Shown piece after piece: positions 11,122-23,643 of a stretch of DNA of 29,984 bases. Below the pieces are notes generated by a model, which worked only from the letters and a program-made list of their open reading frames with translations, ran no database searches and was not told the origin of the DNA. A program made the position numbers and the translations under genes. Source of the DNA: Octopus sinensis (taxonomy: Eukaryota). The stretch lies in NCBI RefSeq assembly GCF_006345805.1, contig NW_021834052.1:1-29984 (forward strand). The letters are read 5' to 3'. Positions within the stretch are counted from its first letter, which is position 1. Each line of letters begins with the position of its first letter.

Positions 11122-11164
11122 TGACCTCGCAGCCATGGACGGCTCGCAGCCCTGGACTGTAACA
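11122..11164 (-). repeat. Probable Ginger-type TIR (TGTTACAGTCC... on the minus strand) abutting the satellite
   Basis: TGT terminus with two tandem ctcgcagcc(a/c)tggac units, the same architecture as the 41-bp TIR of the satellite-resident element. Confidence 0.65.
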
Positions 11165-12432
11165 TATTATTTATTTTGGGAGGTCCCTAGATGTGAGCAT
11201 ATGTGGGTACTTGAGATTATGTAATAAATTGCGTTATATATTATTAATTTTGGGAAGTCCCTAGATGTGAGCATATGCGGGTACTTGAGATTATGCAATA
11301 AATTACGTAATATATTATGCAATTTTGTGAGGTCCCTAAATGTGAGCATATGGGGGTACTTGAGATTATGTAATAAATTCCGTAATATATTATGCAATTT
11401 TGGGAGGTCCCTAGATGTGTACATATGCGGGTACTTGAGATTATGTAATAAATTCCGTAATATATTATGCAATTTTGGGAGATCCCTAGATGTGAGGATA
11501 TGGGGGTATTTGAGATTATGCAATATATTGCGTAATATATTATGCAATTTTGGGATGTCCCTAAATGTGAGCATTTGTGGGTACTTGAGATTATGCAATA
11601 AATTGCGCAATATATTATGCAATTTTGGGATGTCCCTAGATGTGTAAATATGCAGGTACTTGAGATTATGCAATATATTGCGTATTATATTATGCAATTT
11701 TGGGATGTCCCTAAATGTGAGCATATGTGGATACTTGAGATTATGCAATAAATTACGTAATATATTATGCAATTTTGGGAGGTCCCTAGATGTGTACATA
11801 TTCGGGTACTTGAGATTATGCAATAAATTACGTAATATATTATGCAATTTTATGAGGTCCCTAAATGTGAGCATATGGGGGTACTTGAGATTATGTAATA
11901 AATTGCGTAATATATTATGCAATTTTGGGAGGTCCCTAGATGTGTACATATTCGGGTACTTGAAATTATGCAATAAATTACGTAATATTTTATGCAATTT
12001 TGGGAGCTCCCTAGATGTGAGCATATGCAGGTACTTGAGATTATGCAATAAATTGCGTAATATATTATGCAATTTTGGCAGGTCCCTAGATGTGTACATA
12101 TGCGGGTACTTGAGATAATGCAATAAATTACGTAATATATTATGCAATTTTGTGAGGTCCCTAGATGTGAGCATATGGGGGTACTTGAGATTATGTAATA
12201 AATTCCGTAATATATTATGCAATTTTGGGAGATCCCTAGATGTGAGCATATGTGGATACTTGAGATTATGCAATATTACGTAATTATATGCAATTTTGGG
12301 AGGTCCCTAGATGTTGCATATGTGGGTACTTGAGATTATGCAATAAATTTCGTAATATATTATGCAATTTTGGGAAGTCCCTAGATGTGTACATATTCGG
12401 GTACTTGAGATTATGCAATAAATTACGTAATA
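11165..12432. repeat. 75-bp satellite, block 1 (array edge; first monomers diverged)
   Basis: Consensus ttttgggaggtccctagatgtgagcatatgtgggtacttgagattatgcaataaattacgtaatatattatgcaa; period 75 (gtacttgag at 11281 and 11356). Confidence 0.97.
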
Positions 12433-13880
12433 TGTCGCGACCCACGCTGGCGACCATCCCACGCTGGCGACCAGAGCGACCTTCATTGTTGACAAGATTG
12501 ACAGGGCGACCTACATAGTTTGACATTAATTACTGACTAAAGATAATTGCTAAAAAATCAAAAAACTTAACATTTTTTATCTCTATTCATAGTAACTATT
12601 TCGTAATTCGAACTAAATGTTTGTTAGTAAAGACAACAAACCATTAATCTGTATTTAGACATTATATTTTTTACTTTTCCCTTTTCTTCATATGGGGATT
12701 CAAATCTGTGCAGCTTCAATGACGGATTCGCCCCACAATCTTTTATTATTCGTTTCTAAAAATAAATACATCGTAAATTTACCATTAAGTTCATCTTCGA
12801 CAAACGATGCCTCGTTATTTTCATATAAATTATAAATAAGATTATAACCTGGTATTTTATGAATCACAGTGTTAATTCCAGAAATACCCTTAAACTTTTG
12901 AAGGGGGTCTCATTGATCGCCGAGTGGTGTGTCGTATTATAGGAAAAAGTTACTTTGTCTAAAAATTGTTTCCAATTTTTACGTATTTTTGGTTTTTGAA
13001 TTCCAACCCGTTGTCCGTTTGCAAGATCTGACAATATCCAATTTGATAAAACAATTTTTGGAATTTATTCACCACTTCTTCAATTAAATTTTAAGTCTTA
13101 CCAGAAGCAGTTTTATTTTTTAGAGATTTGCAGACAACAAATTTGCTGTGGATGTCAATAATTGTCAGTATCCAATTACATCCATCGTTAAACTCCTTAT
13201 ATCTTCTAACATCAATAATATCCGCCTGGAATCTTTCATTGGGTTTTCCTGCAGTTACATGGTATTTAGAATCCGACACCTAGGTATATTTTTTTTAAAT
13301 ACTTTCAATGGTAGGGCAAATTTACAAATTTCGCAGTATTTTATAATTTGTTCGATGATTGGACGTTTTACAGTGAAATAGAATTCACTGCACTTTTTCT
13401 GAAGCTTTCGTATTCCCCAGTGGGATTCTTGGTGAATGGCGAATGCTAGTGTCCTCATCTCCATTTCATTGTCCAGATAAATGACCAATTTGTGTTTTTG
13501 GTTATTCTCGTCCTTTAGATAGAGACTATGAGTTAGGAGTTGCAAATATACAGATCATTAATAATGATAAATTGAGTCGCTTTTTTCATGCTAACATCTT
13601 TTGAGAGAAACCATAATTTTTTTTCTAAAATGACGCTAAACCATTTCTTAAAATGAATTTTTTCCGGTTTAAATTAAATATCAAATTCAGAGAATCCTGC
13701 TGGCTGTCATGCGTGGCAACAGCTGTTCCCTCCGTCTCGCTGGGAGAATTTATTAGTTTGTTGACTTTACTTAGTAGTTTGAATATCAAATTTAAATTAA
13801 ATCACCTGTCAAACTGAAGGTCACAACCTGTCAAGCTGATGGTCGCCAGCGTGGGATGGTCGCCAGCGTGGGTCGCGACA
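12433..13880 (-). mobile_element. Ginger2/TDD-like element copy 1 (class A, plus a 94-bp insert)
   Basis: 41-bp TIRs TGTCGCGACCCACGCTGGCGACCATCCCACGCTGGCGACCA with TAATA on both sides; HQESHWG...CEIC, FQADIID and QTDNGLEF motifs. Confidence 0.92.
13688..13781 (+). mobile_element. 94-bp 5'-truncated insertion from a CRE-like retrotransposon 3' end
   Basis: Absent from copies 2-7; flanked by AATATCAAATT (13677-13687, 13782-13792); translates QRILLAVMRGNSCSLRLAGRIY*. Confidence 0.8.
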
Positions 13881-16800
13881 TAATATATTATGCAATTTTA
13901 TGAGGTCCCTAAATGTGAGCATATGGGGGTCCTTGAGATTATGTAATAAATTGCGTATTATATTATGCAATTTTGGGAGGTCCCTAGATGTGAGCATATG
14001 TGGGTACTTGAGATTATGCAATAAATTACGTAATATATTATGCAATTTTGGGAGGTCCCTAGATGTGAGCATATGTGGGTACTTGAGATTATGCAATAAA
14101 TTACGTAATATATTATGCAATTTGGGAGGTCTCTAGATGTGTACATATTCGGGTACTTGAGATTATGCAATAAATTACGTAATATATTATGCAATTTTGG
14201 GAGCTCCCTAGATGTGAGCATATTTGGGTATGTAATAAATTACGTAATATATTATGCAATTTTGGGAGGTCCCTAGATGTGAGCATATGTGGGTACTTGA
14301 AATTATGCAATAAATTACGTAATATTTTATGCAATTTTGGGAGCTCCCTAGATGTGTACATATGCGGGTACTTGAGATAATGCAATAAATTACGTAATAT
14401 ATTATGCAATTTTGTGATGTCCCTAGATGTGAGCATATGGGGGTACTTGAGATTATGCAATAAATTACGTAATATATTATGCAATTTTGGGAGGTCCCTA
14501 GATGTGAGCATATGGGGGTACTTGAGATTATGCAATAAATTACGTAATATTATGCAATTTTGGGAGCTCCCTAGATGTGAGCATATGTGGGTACTTGAGA
14601 TTATGTAATAAATTACGTAATATATTATGCAATTTTGGGAGGTCCCTAGATGTGAGCATATGGGGGTACTTGAGATTATGCAATAAATTACGTAATATTT
14701 TATGCAATTTTGGGAGGTCCCTAAATGTGAGCATATGGGGGTACTTGAGATTATGCAATAAATTACGTAATATATTATGCAATTTTGGGAGGTCCCTAGA
14801 TGTGTACATATGCGGTACTTGAGATAATGCAATAAATTACGTAATATTTTATGCAATTTTGGGAGGTCCCTAGATGTGAGCATATGGGGGTACTTGAGAT
14901 TATGCAATAAATTACGTAATATATTATGCAATTTTGGGAGGTCCCTAGATGTGAGCATATGGGGGTACTTGAGATTATGTAATAAATTGCGTAATATATT
15001 ATGCAATTTTGGGAGGTCCCTAGATGTGAGCATATGTGGGTACTTGAGATTATGCAATAAATTACGTAATATATTATGCAATTTTGGGAGGTCCCTAGAT
15101 GTGAGGATATGTGGGTACTTGAGATTATGCAATAAATTACGTAATATATTATGCAATTTGGGAGGTCTCTAGATGTGAGCATATGTGGGTACTTGAGATT
15201 ATGCAATAAATTACGTAATATTTTATGCAATTTTGGGAGCTCCCTAGATGTGAGCATATGGGGGTACTTGAGATTATGTAATAAATTCCCTAATATATTA
15301 TGCAATTTTGTGAGGTCCCTAAATGTGAGCATATGGGGGTACTTGAGATTATGTAATAATTTCCGTAATATATTATGCAATTTTGCGAGGTCCCTAGATG
15401 TGAGCATATGTGGGTATTTGAGATTATGCAATAAATTACGTAATATATTATGCAATTTTGGGAGGTCCCTAGATGTGAGCATATGTGGGTACTTGAGATT
15501 ATGCAATAAATTACGTAATATATTATGCAATTTTGGCAGGTCCCTAGATGTGTACATATGCGGGTATGTAATAAATTACGTAATATATTATGCAATTTTG
15601 GGAGGTCCCTAGATGTGAGCATATGTGGGTACTTGAAATTATGCAATAAATTACGTAATATTTTATGCAATTTTGGGAGCTCCCTAGATGTGAGCATATG
15701 CAGGTACTTGAGATTATGCAATAAATTGCGTAATATATTATGCAATTTTGGCAGGTCCCTAGATGTGTACATATGCGGGTACTTGAGATAATGCAATAAA
15801 TTACGTAATATATTATGCAATTTTGTGAGGTCCCTAGATGTGAGCATATGTGGGTACTTGAGATTATGCAATAAATTACGTAATATTTTATGCAATTTTG
15901 GGAGCTCCCTAGATGTGAGCATATGTGGGTACTTGAGATTATGCAATAAATTACGTAATATATTATGCAATTTTGGGAGCTCCCTAGATGTGAGCATATG
16001 CAGGTACTTGAGATTATGCAATATATTGCGTAATATATTATGCAATTTTGGGAGGTCCCTAAATATGAGAAAATGGGGGTACTTGAGATTATGCAATAAA
16101 TTACGTAATATGTTATGCAATTTTGGGAGGTCCCTAGATGTGTACATATGCGGGTACTTGAGATTATGCAATAAATTACGTAATATGTTATGCAATTTTT
16201 GGAGGTCCCTAGATGTGTACATATGCGGGTACTTGAGATTATGCAATAAATTACGTAATATATTATGCAATTTTGGAAGGTCCCTAGATGTGTACATATG
16301 CGAGTACTTGAGATTATGCAATAAATTACGTAATATATTATGCAATTTTGGCAGGTCCCTAGATGTGTACATATGCGGGTACCTTGAGATTATGCAATAA
16401 ATTACGTAATATGTTATGCAATTTTGTGAGGTCCCTAATTGTGAGCATATGGGGGTACTTGAGATTATGTAATAAATTCCGTAATATATTATGCAATTTT
16501 GGGAGGTCCCTAGATGTGTACATATGCGGGTACTTGAGATTATGTAATAAATTCCGTAATATATTATGCAATTTTGGGAGATCCCTAGATGTGAGGATAT
16601 GGGGGTATTTGAGATTATGCAATATATTGCGTAATATATTATGCAATTTTGGGATGTCCCTAAATGTGAGCATTTGTGGGTACTTGAGATTATGCAATAA
16701 ATTGCGCAATATATTATGCAATTTTGGGATGTCCCTAGATGTGTAAATATGCAGGTACTTGAGATTATGCAATATATTGCGTATTATATTATGCAATTTT

Positions 16801-17076
16801 GGGATGTCCCTAAATGTGAGCATATGTGGATACTTGAGATTATGCAATAAATTACGTAATATATTATGCAATTTTGGGAGGTCCCTAGATGTGTGCATAT
16901 GTGGGTACTTGAGATTATGCAATAAATTTCGTAATATATTATGCAATTTTGGGAAGTCCCTAGATGTGTACATATTCGGGTACTTGAGATTATGCAATAA
17001 ATTACGTAATATATTATGCAATTTTGGGAGCTCCCTAGATGTGAGCATATTTGGGTATGCAATAAATTACGTAATA
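13881..17076. repeat. 75-bp satellite, block 2
   Basis: About 43 monomers, including 65-bp deletion variants. Confidence 0.97.
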
Positions 17077-18412
17077 TGTCGCGACCCACGCTGGCGACCA
17101 TCCCACGCTGGCGACCAGAGCGACCTTCATTGTTGACAAGATTGACAGGGCGACCTACATAGTTTGACATTAATTACTGACTAAAGATAATTGCTAAAAA
17201 ATCAAAAAACTTAACATTTTTTATCTCTATTCATAGTAACTATTTCGTAATTCGAACTAAATGTTTGTTAGTAAAGACAACAAACCATTAATCTGTATTT
17301 AGACATTATATTTTTTACTTTTCCCTTTTCTTCATATGGGGATTCAAATCTGTGCAGCTTCAATGACGGATTCGCCCCACAATCTTTTATTATTCGTTTC
17401 TAAAAATAAATACATCGTAAATTTACCATTAAGTTCATCTTCGACAAACGATGCCTCGTTATTTTCATATAAATTATAAATAAGATTATAACCTGGTATT
17501 TTATGAATCACAGTGTTAATTCCAGAAATACCCTTAAACTTTTGAAGGGGGTCTCATTGATCGCCGAGTGGTGTGTCGTATATAGGAAAAAGTTACTTTG
17601 TCTAAAAATGTTTCCAATTTTTACGTATTTTTGGTTTTTGAATTCCAACCCGTTGTCCGTTTGCAAGATCTGACAATATCCAATTTGATAAAACAATTTT
17701 TGGAATTTATTCACCACTTCTTCAATTAAATTTTAAGTCTTACCAGAAGCAGTTTTATTTTTTAGAGATTTGCAGACAACAAATTTGCTGTGGATGTCAA
17801 TAATTGTCAGTATCCAATTACATCCATCGTTAAACTCCTTATATCTTCTAACATCAATAATATCCGCCTGGAATCTTTCATTGGGTTTTCCTGCAGTTAC
17901 ATGGTATTTAGAATCCGACACCTAGGTATATTTTTTTTAAATACTTTCAATGGTAGGGCAAATTTACAAATTTCGCAGTATTTTATAATTTGTTCGATGA
18001 TTGGACGTTTTACAGTGAAATAAATTCACTGCACTTTTTCTGAAGCTTTCGTATTCCCCAGTGGGATTCTTGGTGAATGGCGAATGCTAGTGTCCTCATC
18101 TCCATTTCATTGTCCAGATAAATGACCAATTTGTGTTTTTGGTTATTCTCGTCCTTTAGATAGAGACTATGAGTTAGGAGTTGCAAATATCAGATCATTA
18201 ATAATGATAATTGAGTCGCTTTTTTCATGCTAACATCTTTTGAGAGAAACATAATTTTTTTTCTAAAATGACGCTAAACCATTTCTTAAATGAATTTTTT
18301 CCGGTTTAAATTAAATATCAAATTTAAATTAAATCACCTGTCAAACTGAAGGTCACAACCTGTCAAGCTGATGGTCGCCAGCGTGGGATGGTCGCCAGCG
18401 TGGGTCGCGACA
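17077..18412 (-). mobile_element. Ginger-like copy 2 (class A)
   Basis: Same TIRs and TAATA flanks; nearly identical to copy 1 without the insert. Confidence 0.92.
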
Positions 18413-20175
18413 TAATATATTATGCAATTTTATGAGGTCCCTAATGTGAGCATATGGGGGTACTTGATATTATGTAATAAATTGCGTTTATATTATGCAA
18501 TTTTGGGAGGTCCCTAGATGTGAGCATATGTGGGTACTTGAGATTATGCAAAATTACGTAATATTATGCATTTTGGGAGCTCCCTAGATGTGAGCATATT
18601 CGGGTATTTAATATATTCCGTAATATATTATGCAATTTTGGGAGCTCCCTAGATGTTTACATATGCGGGACTTGAGATTATGCGATAAACTACGTAATAT
18701 ATTATGCAATTTTGGGTGCTCCCTAGATGTGTACATATGCGGGTACTTGAGATTATGCAATAATTACGTAATGTATTATGCAATTTTGGAGGTCCCTAGA
18801 TGTGTACATATGCGGGTACTTGAGATTATGCAATAAATTACGTAATATGTTATGCAATTTTGTGAGGTCCCTAGATGTGAGCATATGTGGTACTTGAGGA
18901 GATTATGCAATAAATTACGTAATATATTATGCAATTTTGGGAGCTCCCTAGATGTGAGGATATGCAGGTACTTGAGATTATGCAATAAATTACTTAATAT
19001 ATTATGCAATTTTGGGAGGTCCCTAAATGTGAGATATAGGGGTACTTGAGATTATGTAATAAATTGCGTAATATATATGCAATTTTGGGAGGTCCCTAGA
19101 TGTGTACATATTCGGGTACTTGAGATTATGCAATAAATTACGTAATATATTATGCAATTTTATGAGGTCCCTTAATGTGAGCATATAGGGGTACTTGAGA
19201 TTATGTAATAAATTGCGTAATATATTATGCAATTTTGGGAGGTCCCTAGATGTGTACATATTCGGGTACTTGAGATTATGCAATAAATTACGTAATATAT
19301 TATGCAATTTTATGAGGTCCCTAAATGTGAGCATATGGGGGTACTTGAGATTATGTAATAAATTGCGTAATATATTATGCAATTTTGTGAGGTCCCTAGA
19401 TGTGAGCATATGTGGGTACTTGAGGAGATTATGCAATAAATTACGTAATATATTATGCAATTTTGGGAGCTCCCTAGATGTGAGGATATGCAGGTACTTG
19501 AGATTATGCAATAAATTACTTAATATATTATGCAATTTTGGGAGGTCCCTAAATGTGAGCATATGGGGGTACTTGAGATTATGTAATAAATTGCGTTATA
19601 TTATGCAATTTTGGGAGGTCCCTAGATGTGTACATATGCGGTACTTGAGATTATGCAATAAATTACGTAATAATTATGCAATTTTATGAGGTCCCTAAAT
19701 GTGAGCATATGGGGGTACTTGAGATTATGTAATAAATTGCGATTATTTATTGCAATTTGGGAGGTCCCTAGATGTGTACATTTCGGGTACTTGAGATTAT
19801 GCAATAATTACGTAATATATTATGCAATTTTATGAGGTCCCTAAATGTGAGCATATGGGGGTACTTGAGATTGTAATAAATTGCGTAATATATTATGCAA
19901 TTTTGGGAGGTCCCAGATGTGTACATGCGGGTACTTGAGATTATGCAATAAATTACATAATATATTATGCAATTTTGGGAGCTCCCTAGATGGAGCATAT
20001 TCGGGTATTTAATAAATTCCGTAATATATTATGCAATTTTGGGAGCTCCCTAGATGTGTACATATGCGGGTACTTGAGATTATGCGATAAACTACGTAAT
20101 ATATTATGCAATTTTGGGTGCTCCCTAGATGTGTACATATTCGGGTACTTGAGATTATGCAATAATTACGTAATA
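18413..20175. repeat. 75-bp satellite, block 3
   Basis: About 24 monomers, with 78-bp (gaggaga) variants and many 1-bp indels. Confidence 0.96.
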
Positions 20176-21507
20176 TGTCGCGACCCACGCTGGCGACCAT
20201 CCCCGCTGGCGACCAGAGCGACTTCATTGTTGAAAGATTGACAGGGCGAACTACATAGTTTGACATTAATTACTGACTAAAGATAATTGCTAAAAATCAA
20301 AAACTTAACATTTTTTATCTCTATTCATAGTAACTATTTCGTAATTCGAACTAAATGTTTGTTAGTAAAGACAACAAACCATTATCTGTATTTAGACATT
20401 ATATTTTTTACTTTTCCCTTTTCTTCATATGGGGATTCAAATCTGTGCAGCTTCAATGACGGATTCGCCCCACAATCTTTTATTATTCGTTTCTAAAAAT
20501 AAATACATCGTAAATTTACCATTAAGTTCATCTTCGACAAACGATGCCTCGTTATTTTCATATAAATTATAAATAAGATTATAACCTGGTATTTTATGAA
20601 TCACAGTGTTAATTCCAGAAATACCCTTAAACTTTTGAAGGGGGTCTCATTGATCGCCGAGTGGTGTGTCGTATTATAGGAAAAAGTTACTTTGTCTAAA
20701 AATTGTTTCCAATTTTTACGTATTTTTGGTTTTTGAATTCCAACCCGTTGTCCGTTTGCAAGATCTGACAATATCCAATTTGATAAAACAATTTTTGGAA
20801 TTTATTCACCACTTCTTCAATTAAATTTTAAGTCTTACCAGAAGCAGTTTTATTTTTTAGAGATTTGCAGACAACAAATTTGCTGTGGATGTCAATAATT
20901 GTCAGTATCCAATTACATCCATCGTTAAACTCCTTATATCTTCTAACATCAATAATATCCGCCTGGAATCTTTCATTGGGTTTTCCTGCAGTTACATGGT
21001 AATTAGAATCCGACACCTAGGTATATTTTTTTTAAATACTTTCAATGGTAGGGCAAATTTACAAATTTCGCAGTATTTTATAATTTGTTCGATGATTGGA
21101 CGTTTTACAGTGAAATAGAATTCACTGCACTTTTTCTGAAGCTTTCGTATTCCCCAGTGGGATTCTTGTGAATGGCGAATGCTAGTGTCCTCATCTCCAT
21201 TTCATTGTCCAGATAAATGACCAATTTGTGTTTTTGGTTATTCTCGTCCTTTAGATAGAGACTATGAGTTAGGAGTTGCAATATACAGATCATTAATAAT
21301 GATAAATTGAGTCGCTTTTTTCATGCTAACATCTTTTGAGAGAAACCATAATTTTTTTTCTAAAAATGACGCTAAACCATTTCTTAAAATGAATTTTTTC
21401 CGGTTTAAATTAAATATCAATTAAATTAAATCACCGTCAACTGAAGGTCACAACCTGTCAAGCTGATGGTCGCCAGCGTGGGATGGTCGCCAGCGTGGGT
21501 CGCGACA
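20176..21507 (-). mobile_element. Ginger-like copy 3 (class A)
   Basis: TIRs (one internal variant), TAATA flanks and the same internal sequence. Confidence 0.92.
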
Positions 21508-22242
21508 TAATATATTATGCAATTTTATGAGGTCCCTAAATGTGAGCATATGGGGGTACTTGAGATTATGTAATAAATTGCGTATTATATTATGCAATTT
21601 TGGGAGGTCCCTAGATGTGAGCATATGTGGGTACTTGAGATTATGCAATAAATTACGTAATATATTATGCAATTTTGGGAGGTCTCTAGATGTGTACATA
21701 TTCGGGTACTTGAGATTATGCAATAAATTACGTAATATATTATGCAATTTTGGGAGCTCCCTAGATGTGAGCATATTTGGGTATGTAATAAATTACGTAA
21801 TATATTATGCAATTTTGGGAGCTCCCTAGATGTGAGCATATTTGGGTATGTAATAAATTACGTAATATATTATGCAATTTTGGGAGGTCCCTAGATGTGA
21901 GCATATGTGGGTACTTGAAATTATGCAATAAATTACGTAATATTTTATGCAATTTTGGGAGCTCCCTAGATGTGTACATATGCGGGTACTTGAGATAATG
22001 CAATAAATTACGTAATATATTATGCAATTTTGTGAGGTCCCTTGATGTGAGCATATGGGGGTACTTGAGATTATGCAATAAATTACGTAATATATTATGC
22101 ATTTTGGGATGGTCCCTAGATGTGAGCATATGGGGGTACTTGAGATTATGTTAATAAATTGCGTATATATTATGCAATTTTGGGAGGTCCCTAGATGTGA
22201 GCATATGTTGGTACTTGAGATTATGCAATAAATTACGTAATA
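21508..22242. repeat. 75-bp satellite, block 4
   Basis: About 10 monomers between the inverted copies 3 and 4. Confidence 0.96.
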
Positions 22243-23575
22243 TGTCGCGACCCACGCTGGCGACCATCCCACGCTGGCGACCATCAGCTTGACAGGTTGT
22301 GACCTCAGTTTGACAGGTGATTTAATTTAAATTTGATATTTAATTTAAACCGAAAAATTCATTTTAAGAAATGGTTTAGCGTCATTTTAGAAAAAAATTA
22401 TGGTTTCTCTCAAAAGATGTTAGCATGAAAAAAGCGACTCAATTTATCATTATTAATGATCTGTATATTTGCAACTCCTAACTCATAGTCTCTATCTAAA
22501 GGACGAGAATAACCAAAACACAAATTGGTCATTTATCTGGACAATGAAATGGAGATGAGGACACTAGCATTCGCCATCACCAAGAATCCCACTGGGGAAT
22601 ACGAAAGCTTCAGAAAAAGTGCAGTGAATTCTATTTCACTGTAAAACGTCCAATCATCGAACAAATTATAAAATACTGCGAAATTTGTAAATTTGCCCTA
22701 CCATTGAAAGTATTTAAAAATAATATACCTAGGTGTCGGATTCTAAATACCATGTAACTGCAGGAAAACCCAATGAAAGATTCCAGGCGGATATTATTGA
22801 TGTTAGAAGATATAAGGAGTTTAACGATGGATGTAATTGGATACTGACAATTATTGACATCCACAGCAAATTTGTTGTCTGCAAATCTCTAAAAAATAAA
22901 ACTGCTTCTGGTAAGACTTAAAATTTAATTGAAGAAGTGGTGAATAAATTCCAAAAATTGTTTTATCAAATTGGATATTGTCAGATCTTGCAAACGGACA
23001 ACGGGTTGGAATTCAAAAACCAAAAATACGTAAAAATTGGAAACAATTTTAGACAAAGTAACTTTTTCCTATAATACGACACACCACTCGGCGATCAATG
23101 AGACCCCCTTCAAATTTAAGGGTATTTCTGGAATTAACACTGTGATTCATAAAATACCAGGTTATAATCTTATTTATAATTTATATGAAAATAACGAGGC
23201 ATCGTTTGTCGAAGATGAACTTAATGGTAATTTACGATGTATTTATTTTTAGAAACGAATAATAAAAGATTGTGGGGCGAATCCGTCATTGAAGCTGCAC
23301 AGATTTGAATCCCCATATGAAGAAAAGGGAAAAGTAAAAAATATAATGTCTAAATACAGATTAATGGTTTGTTGTCTTTACTAACAAACATTTAGTTCGA
23401 ATTACGAAATAGTTACTATGAATAGAGATAAAAAATGTTAAGTTTTTTGATTTTTTAGCAATTATCTTTAGTCAGTAATTAATGTCAAACTATGTAGGTC
23501 GCCCTGTCAATCTTGTCAACAATGAAGGTCGCTCTGGTCGCCAGCGTGGGATGGTCGCCAGCGTGGGTCGCGACA
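22243..23575 (+). mobile_element. Ginger-like copy 4 (class A, opposite orientation)
   Basis: Reverse complement of copies 1-3 with TAATA flanks; introns 22463-22488, 22710-22732 and 22911-22934 restore the integrase frame. Confidence 0.92.
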
Positions 23576-23643
23576 TAATATATTATGCAATTTTATGAGG
23601 TCCCTAAATGTGAGCATATGGGGGTACTTGAGATTATGTAATA
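23576..23643. repeat. 68-bp partial satellite monomer spacer, repeated at 24971-25038 and 26449-26517
   Basis: taata-tattatgcaattttatgagg...gagattatg-taata, virtually identical in all three places. Confidence 0.92.

Noticed and set aside
12490-12527. TTGACA as bacterial -35 boxes
   Set aside because: They recur at both subterminal ends of a eukaryotic transposon and more likely are transposase-binding repeats.
12433-13880. LTR retrotransposon or Polinton as the source of the integrase
   Set aside because: The ends are inverted repeats rather than LTRs; there is no gag, RT or polB; introns are present; the TSD is 5 bp.
18413-20175. Dense 1-bp deletions as biological divergence (also 24300-25500 and 28100-29984)
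   Set aside because: They are mostly homopolymer shortenings clustered by region, as expected from long-read consensus error; raw reads are needed to decide.
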